DNA of 64,000 nucleotides from a virus (lineage: Duplodnaviria > Caudoviricetes). Both the position numbers and the translations under genes were made by a program. Below, piece after piece: positions 59,334 through 64,000 of this stretch (position 1 is the first letter of the stretch; every line of letters begins with the position of its first letter). The notes beneath the pieces were generated by a model. That model was given only the letters and a program-made list of their open reading frames with translations. It searched no databases and was not told where the DNA came from. The stretch lies in IMG/VR virus record IMGVR_UViG_3300023714_000001, one strand, 5' to 3'.

Positions 59334-60164
59334 ATGGAATCACCAGGCATTTTAAATTTTCTAACTGAAAAAGGAAAATGGCTCCCGCTATATGTAGCTT
59401 ACTTACGTAACAGACTGCGGCGCGACAAGAATCTTTCTGACGTAGAAAATAAAAAAGATGCTCGCGGCAACCTTGAGCTTCTTAATGAGGTAACTGACCA
59501 TTGGCATGACACCCGATATGTGCCGATGATCGAAGCGGTAAGGACTGACTTAAATACAGCAAAGAAGAGCCTAACTGATTCGATCAACAATCTTGAAAAG
59601 CAACATAAGAGTGATACGAATACTCTTCGTAATCTCATTAATCAGAACTCTACATCCATAAATACTCTGAACACGCAAATGGCATCTGTTAATTCGACCA
59701 TAACCAAGATGTCATCAACGCTGAACACCGTAAAGAGCGATCTGGATATTGCAAAAAGAGATATAACCAATATCAAGACCACCCATACGCAAGATATAAA
59801 TGCTTTGAGCGCGCGGATTACGACTAATACAAATAACATTAGCAGCTTAAATAGTACAGTTGTCTCTCACACCACCCGTATCGGTAACGCTGAATCCTCA
59901 ATAACGAACCTTAATACGAGACTAGGAACGGCAGAGAGTAGGATTTCTCAGCATACTACAGATATTAGCAACACAAACAAGAATGTTAAATCGAACACGG
60001 ATCGGATAGCTGCGTTAGAAAACAGGGCAAAAAGCATCGAGTCTAGATTGGATTCTGTAGAAAAAAGTATTAAGGAATTGTCTAACAGAATTACAAATAT
60101 CTTTGATTCCGAGGGATTCTTAACTTTCCCGAACGGAAATAAGATTAGAATTAATAAGAAGTAG
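59334..60164 (+). CDS. Coiled-coil fibre protein (276 aa)
   Basis: NLSDVENK--AR-NL motif, heptads with Asn/Thr cores, C-terminal LTFPNG. Confidence 0.7.
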   Translation: MESPGILNFLTEKGKWLPLYVAYLRNRLRRDKNLSDVENKKDARGNLELLNEVTDHWHDTRYVPMIEAVRTDLNTAKKSLTDSINNLEKQHKSDTNTLRNLINQNSTSINTLNTQMASVNSTITKMSSTLNTVKSDLDIAKRDITNIKTTHTQDINALSARITTNTNNISSLNSTVVSHTTRIGNAESSITNLNTRLGTAESRISQHTTDISNTNKNVKSNTDRIAALENRAKSIESRLDSVEKSIKELSNRITNIFDSEGFLTFPNGNKIRINKK

Positions 60165-60172
60165 GTGTGGCA

Positions 60173-61729
60173 ATGTCTACTTATATATACCCTAATATTC
60201 CCAAAACGTTTAATAAGGGCGATCAGGTACTAATAGTTTTTCAAAACAAAGTTCAGGAAATAGACTTATTGTCGTTGGGAATTGGAAAATGTAAAATAGA
60301 GTGTTTTGACTCCTGTCCATCAGTGCACGAAACATGGAACCACACTATCTATGCAGCAGGCGTGACGGATTTGTCAGACCTGATTAACAAAGGTGTGACA
60401 AAGGTATACGCCGTTGTTGGCGCAAGTGTTAATATGAATTATTGCATACAGGGGCAGATGATTAAAGTTCCACAGGGACATGCTTCTTACAACGAGTATG
60501 AGCGTTTCGGTGGCAGCTCTATATCAAGCGAAGTATACTGGGGGCGGCACGAACGACATGGTTCCGGTGCGAGTACTGATTTAAGAACGGTTTATGATGC
60601 TGGTAAGGGGATTTATGATGCGGCCAGTCGTAATTCCGTTTTTATTGCTGCTGGCGGCATGTGGCCAAATGAACGTAGTGTACCAACGTCAATAGCAGGG
60701 GCTCCTTCCCCACATAACGCACCGAATGGGATAATAAAATTTACTGACTGTGTGGTAAAAGAAGGAGTCTGTCGTTTTAACGATCACGGGTATATTATTA
60801 TAACGGCTTTGGGCGACAGTTTTGTTTTAAACGAAAAATGTACCTTAGAAATAAAAACATCGAACGGCACAAAGAAAATCCCATTATACGACTGTAAGGA
60901 TTCTGGCGATGGCGAGTCTGTTCAGGTGAAACTTCCGTCAGGAGAAAAATTGCGTGCAATAGTGTCTTCGGCAGAACAGCCGCCAGATAATGTATGCATA
61001 AAAAACACGGCTAAAAGATACCTTATGGATAAGCCTGTGACAACAAAAACAGATGTTGTACCAGTAGGACAGACAAAATTTATGAATGATAATTACTTTA
61101 TCGTTCCTCAAAATGTCACCAGTTTAAAAGTGACGAGTTATCATTCTAGAGGCAATAACCCCAACAATGTCAGCGCTATGGGGGATTGGTATTATAGTGT
61201 TATTCCTGGAAGTATTATTTCTTCTAAATTCTGGATGCATGAAACAAAGTATATGTTTGACACATCTTATGCAGTTAAGTTTAATAATCAGAGTATTATG
61301 AGTGAAGGGTGCTTGGGATGGTCTGGGCATGTAGGATCATCCCCGGCATACGCTAAGCTAGAATACAGTGAAGAGATAAATAAGACAAAGGTTAGAAACA
61401 CGCCTTGTCCTTACGTTTTTTTAAATGGTGACAAAGCTATATATGCCGAAAATGGGATAAATTTTTACAAACTGGATCCAGTTGATGGACAGCATACCGT
61501 ATTTATACCCCATAGAGATATGAAGGTAAAGATATCTTTCACCTCAAAGAAAGATAATAAAACCTGGGATACCACAAGAGACATTAAAGCTGACGACAGA
61601 ATCGCTCGCTTTTTCGTAGAAGATCGAACCTATATCTCAGTGTATAATATCTACAGAGATGCTTTTGCTGGAGGCACATACGATGCAGGAGAAGAAGATC
61701 TTGCGGTAAATATTAATATAGTATCATAA
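60173..61729 (+). CDS. Hypothetical protein, possible receptor-binding/fibre tip
   Basis: AGGTG SD before ATG 60173. Ends the fibre cluster. F-VP-NVTSLKV motif. Confidence 0.6.
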   Translation: MSTYIYPNIPKTFNKGDQVLIVFQNKVQEIDLLSLGIGKCKIECFDSCPSVHETWNHTIYAAGVTDLSDLINKGVTKVYAVVGASVNMNYCIQGQMIKVPQGHASYNEYERFGGSSISSEVYWGRHERHGSGASTDLRTVYDAGKGIYDAASRNSVFIAAGGMWPNERSVPTSIAGAPSPHNAPNGIIKFTDCVVKEGVCRFNDHGYIIITALGDSFVLNEKCTLEIKTSNGTKKIPLYDCKDSGDGESVQVKLPSGEKLRAIVSSAEQPPDNVCIKNTAKRYLMDKPVTTKTDVVPVGQTKFMNDNYFIVPQNVTSLKVTSYHSRGNNPNNVSAMGDWYYSVIPGSIISSKFWMHETKYMFDTSYAVKFNNQSIMSEGCLGWSGHVGSSPAYAKLEYSEEINKTKVRNTPCPYVFLNGDKAIYAENGINFYKLDPVDGQHTVFIPHRDMKVKISFTSKKDNKTWDTTRDIKADDRIARFFVEDRTYISVYNIYRDAFAGGTYDAGEEDLAVNINIVS

Positions 61730-61770
61730 TGTAATGCCGCCCGCATATATTCAGTTGGGCGGCATTACAT
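61729..61770. repeat. 14-bp perfect inverted repeat
   Basis: ATGTAATGCCGCCC-N14-GGGCGGCATTACAT. Confidence 0.8.
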
Positions 61771-61891
61771 ATACAGTAAAGGAAAGGGGAGACGCCATGT
61801 TTTTTGTTAAAATCGATTTGATAACAGTAATATACGGACAGAATTAACTTTACATAAACAAGCAAACAAAAAAGAAAGTGGGTGTGCTTCA

Positions 61892-64000
61892 TTGACTCTC
61901 CCATACAGCCGGAAGTTTAATTCTGGCCGACAGTCAGAACAGTTCTACAATGAAGAACTGCACAAAATATACGAATCTACGAAGCATTTAACAGACACCC
62001 CACCGGCAAATCAAGAGCCTGTTGCGAAATTACATCGCTCTATGTGGCATGATGAAAAGCGTAATCAGCTCAAGTGGTGGGATAAAACAAATAATAAATG
62101 GCGCAAGTATTATGAGAGCGAATTTAAGATTACGGGCGAGATTATGTCCGTATTACCTCCAGAGGCGCCGGTCTATGGCCAGCTCTGGTTGCATAATGGC
62201 GTTCTCTGCTATTATGATGGTGTAAATTGGAACCCCGTAAAAGCCCTTTTACAGGATGGTTCTCAGTTCTCCCTGGATGTATTCAAGAACTTTATTATGG
62301 TATCTCCTCTGTGGAAAATCGGAGATGTCGTTGTAGGAGATAAAGAACTTGAAAGCTTCTTGAAGGAAGAACGGAAATATCTTCAAGGGGTGCTTGATGC
62401 AAAAACAGATTCTATGGTTACCGGCAACGGGACAAAATGGAATCTTGATTATCAGGCCGGCGTGGAATATCCTCAGTTGCCTGCAACCCCAGTGGATAAA
62501 AAGGTACAGCTTCTTGTACCAAATATTGATTATGGGCGGCTTTTCTTAGGGCATCTTCTAGACTCAGATAAATACGAAGAGGTATCAAAAGTCTGTATCC
62601 AGTATCAGCGCAACGACATCATTAATAAAGGCCCATCGTTAATCCATGTAAATCCTGGCCGTATCACAAAAATTACAAAACGCATTGTCATGATTGACCG
62701 CGAGAACCCGCGCATACAAATCATGGCGGGGAATACGGAGTTTTACGGCTTCCACGAAAATAATCCGCTGGGCGATTTGTTAATCCCGGATCAGAACTAT
62801 CAAAACGAAGACGGCACTCTCGGGACTGTACTAAAAGACTACACCATGGTGGAAGATGGTATCCTCCTGTCGTATGATGCTGCGCAAAATTATGATTATG
62901 TGTTGGCGATTACATATGAATTCAGTTGGATGAAAAGCACCGGGAAAATGTCCCGTGGTAGCAACCATGACAACAGTAACTGCTTTTACGTGGATAATTA
63001 TGTCGGTCCGTTAAACGTATTTGTTGAAGGCTACGATCTGGAAGATCCATACTTCGAGCAGGATGGTATAGATAAGACGGTTACCATAAAAGAAAAGGTA
63101 GATGGCCTTACCGTATCCATGCTTCATACACCTAGCCGGGAGTATGGCTATATTCGCAGAATCGATGCAAACAATAATGCGGTTATACGCCCGCTTAGAA
63201 AATACAAACAGCCATTACTGTTTGTGAACGGGCAGGCGATGCATCCGCAGTTTGATAATATCCAGTGGAATCCGGACGGCACCGTAACGATACCGGGCGG
63301 AAAGATGGATATGATGTGGAGCATTGTCGATCTTTCAGGCACGCAGGAAGACGGTACAAACGGAATTGTTGAATTTACCGCCCCGATAACATCCGGCACT
63401 GTTGGTCAAAATGGAAAAATCAGCTATGCAGCTGGCTTTATTCCAAATGCGTCTGTTACCAATGCCGTGCTCTTTATTGACGGCCTGCTGGTAAAAAAAG
63501 AGGATATCGTTATCGATAGGGCTAATCGCACAGTGACAATCAGTGGCGGGCTTAACCCCGGGCAGGAATATATCCTCATCTATGATAAGTACAGCTGGTT
63601 GTATGATGAAAAATATATAACACCTGCATTGCCGGTGGGCAAATTTACCGACTCTTTGGTGTATATGAATGGGCATCTGCTTTGCAATAGTGAGGCACTG
63701 GATGTAGTCGCAAACCCATACCATCAGAAAGTCGAGCCTGACGGTACAGTTACTTCAGAACCGTATCCGGGTGTTTTTAATGAAGTAAAATGCTTTAAGA
63801 CGGTAACATTAGCGGCAGACGGTTTTACGGAAGAAGTTACGCGAGACTATCGTGTATTTGATCCGAAAGAACAAAAGTGGAACCCCATTCAGTCGTATCA
63901 GGTTACAGGGATAAGGGGCTTTGCCTACAGCTACGAAGATATGCCTAAAAGCGTTCATTTGCTTATTCCATATAGCACTGCAGACGATATAAGAATCTTC
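61892..64000 (+). CDS. Large structural protein, 3'-truncated (missing from the ORF track because it has no stop)
   Basis: TTG ACT CTC CCA TAC AGC CGG... gives MTLPYSRKFNSGRQSEQFYNEELHKIY...PVYGQLWL. The same frame reads ...YSTADDIRIF at the window end. Confidence 0.8.
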   Translation, partial: MTLPYSRKFNSGRQSEQFYNEELHKIYESTKHLTDTPPANQEPVAKLHRSMWHDEKRNQLKWWDKTNNKWRKYYESEFKITGEIMSVLPPEAPVYGQLWLHNGVLCYYDGVNWNPVKALLQDGSQFSLDVFKNFIMVSPLWKIGDVVVGDKELESFLKEERKYLQGVLDAKTDSMVTGNGTKWNLDYQAGVEYPQLPATPVDKKVQLLVPNIDYGRLFLGHLLDSDKYEEVSKVCIQYQRNDIINKGPSLIHVNPGRITKITKRIVMIDRENPRIQIMAGNTEFYGFHENNPLGDLLIPDQNYQNEDGTLGTVLKDYTMVEDGILLSYDAAQNYDYVLAITYEFSWMKSTGKMSRGSNHDNSNCFYVDNYVGPLNVFVEGYDLEDPYFEQDGIDKTVTIKEKVDGLTVSMLHTPSREYGYIRRIDANNNAVIRPLRKYKQPLLFVNGQAMHPQFDNIQWNPDGTVTIPGGKMDMMWSIVDLSGTQEDGTNGIVEFTAPITSGTVGQNGKISYAAGFIPNASVTNAVLFIDGLLVKKEDIVIDRANRTVTISGGLNPGQEYILIYDKYSWLYDEKYITPALPVGKFTDSLVYMNGHLLCNSEALDVVANPYHQKVEPDGTVTSEPYPGVFNEVKCFKTVTLAADGFTEEVTRDYRVFDPKEQKWNPIQSYQVTGIRGFAYSYEDMPKSVHLLIPYSTADDIRIF

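Larger units (their letters stand above)
1..64000 (+). mobile_element. Segment of a large tailed phage / phage-plasmid (tail, baseplate and fibre module with embedded plasmid-type replicon)
   Basis: Co-oriented run of tail tube-like, chaperone-like, giant virion, hub, gp25-like, baseplate J-like, collagen-fibre and tail-collar genes. Rep_3-like initiator with iterons. No host housekeeping genes. Confidence 0.9.

Noticed and set aside
55852-61729. Diversity-generating retroelement or invertible fibre cassette
   Set aside because: No reverse transcriptase, invertase or TR/VR repeat pair is visible in the window.
1-64000. Alternative genetic code, tRNA or rRNA genes, IS elements
   Set aside because: Coding density is near complete under the standard code, with TAA, TGA and TAG all used as stops. 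No tRNA/rRNA-like sequence or transposase was recognised.

Overview
The window is the tail/baseplate/fibre region of a large, probably contractile-tailed phage. The host is probably a Firmicute, inferred from sigma-A-type promoters and strong SD sequences. Almost all genes are on the + strand. The phage appears to replicate as a plasmid: a Rep_3-like initiator (- strand) sits beside an iteron and DnaA-box origin at 5.4-5.8 kb, and the same iteron recurs as a second cluster about 50 kb away. Three consecutive giant genes follow the tail chaperones. (i) A 2231-aa tape-measure-position protein with an HNH motif. (ii) A 3080-aa protein with beta-like and beta'-like catalytic motifs of two-barrel RNA polymerases (RQP...NGDKDGD) and an N-terminal DEDDh exonuclease motif set, i.e. 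a candidate single-chain virion RNA polymerase. (iii) A 2918-aa thermonuclease/baseplate-hub fusion. A self-contained five-gene NAD+ salvage operon (nrtR-pncA-NMNAT-pncB-nadE) is inserted between the gp25-like and baseplate-J-like genes. It has its own promoter, tandem NrtR-type operators and a terminator, and is a candidate ADP-ribose-inducible NAD-reconstitution anti-defence pathway distinct from NARP1/NARP2. Other signals are an RNA ligase whose RBS lies in a long hairpin and a recurrent RGTAATRTNYG motif 51-66 nt upstream of transcription units. All calls come from reading motifs by eye; no database searches were run.
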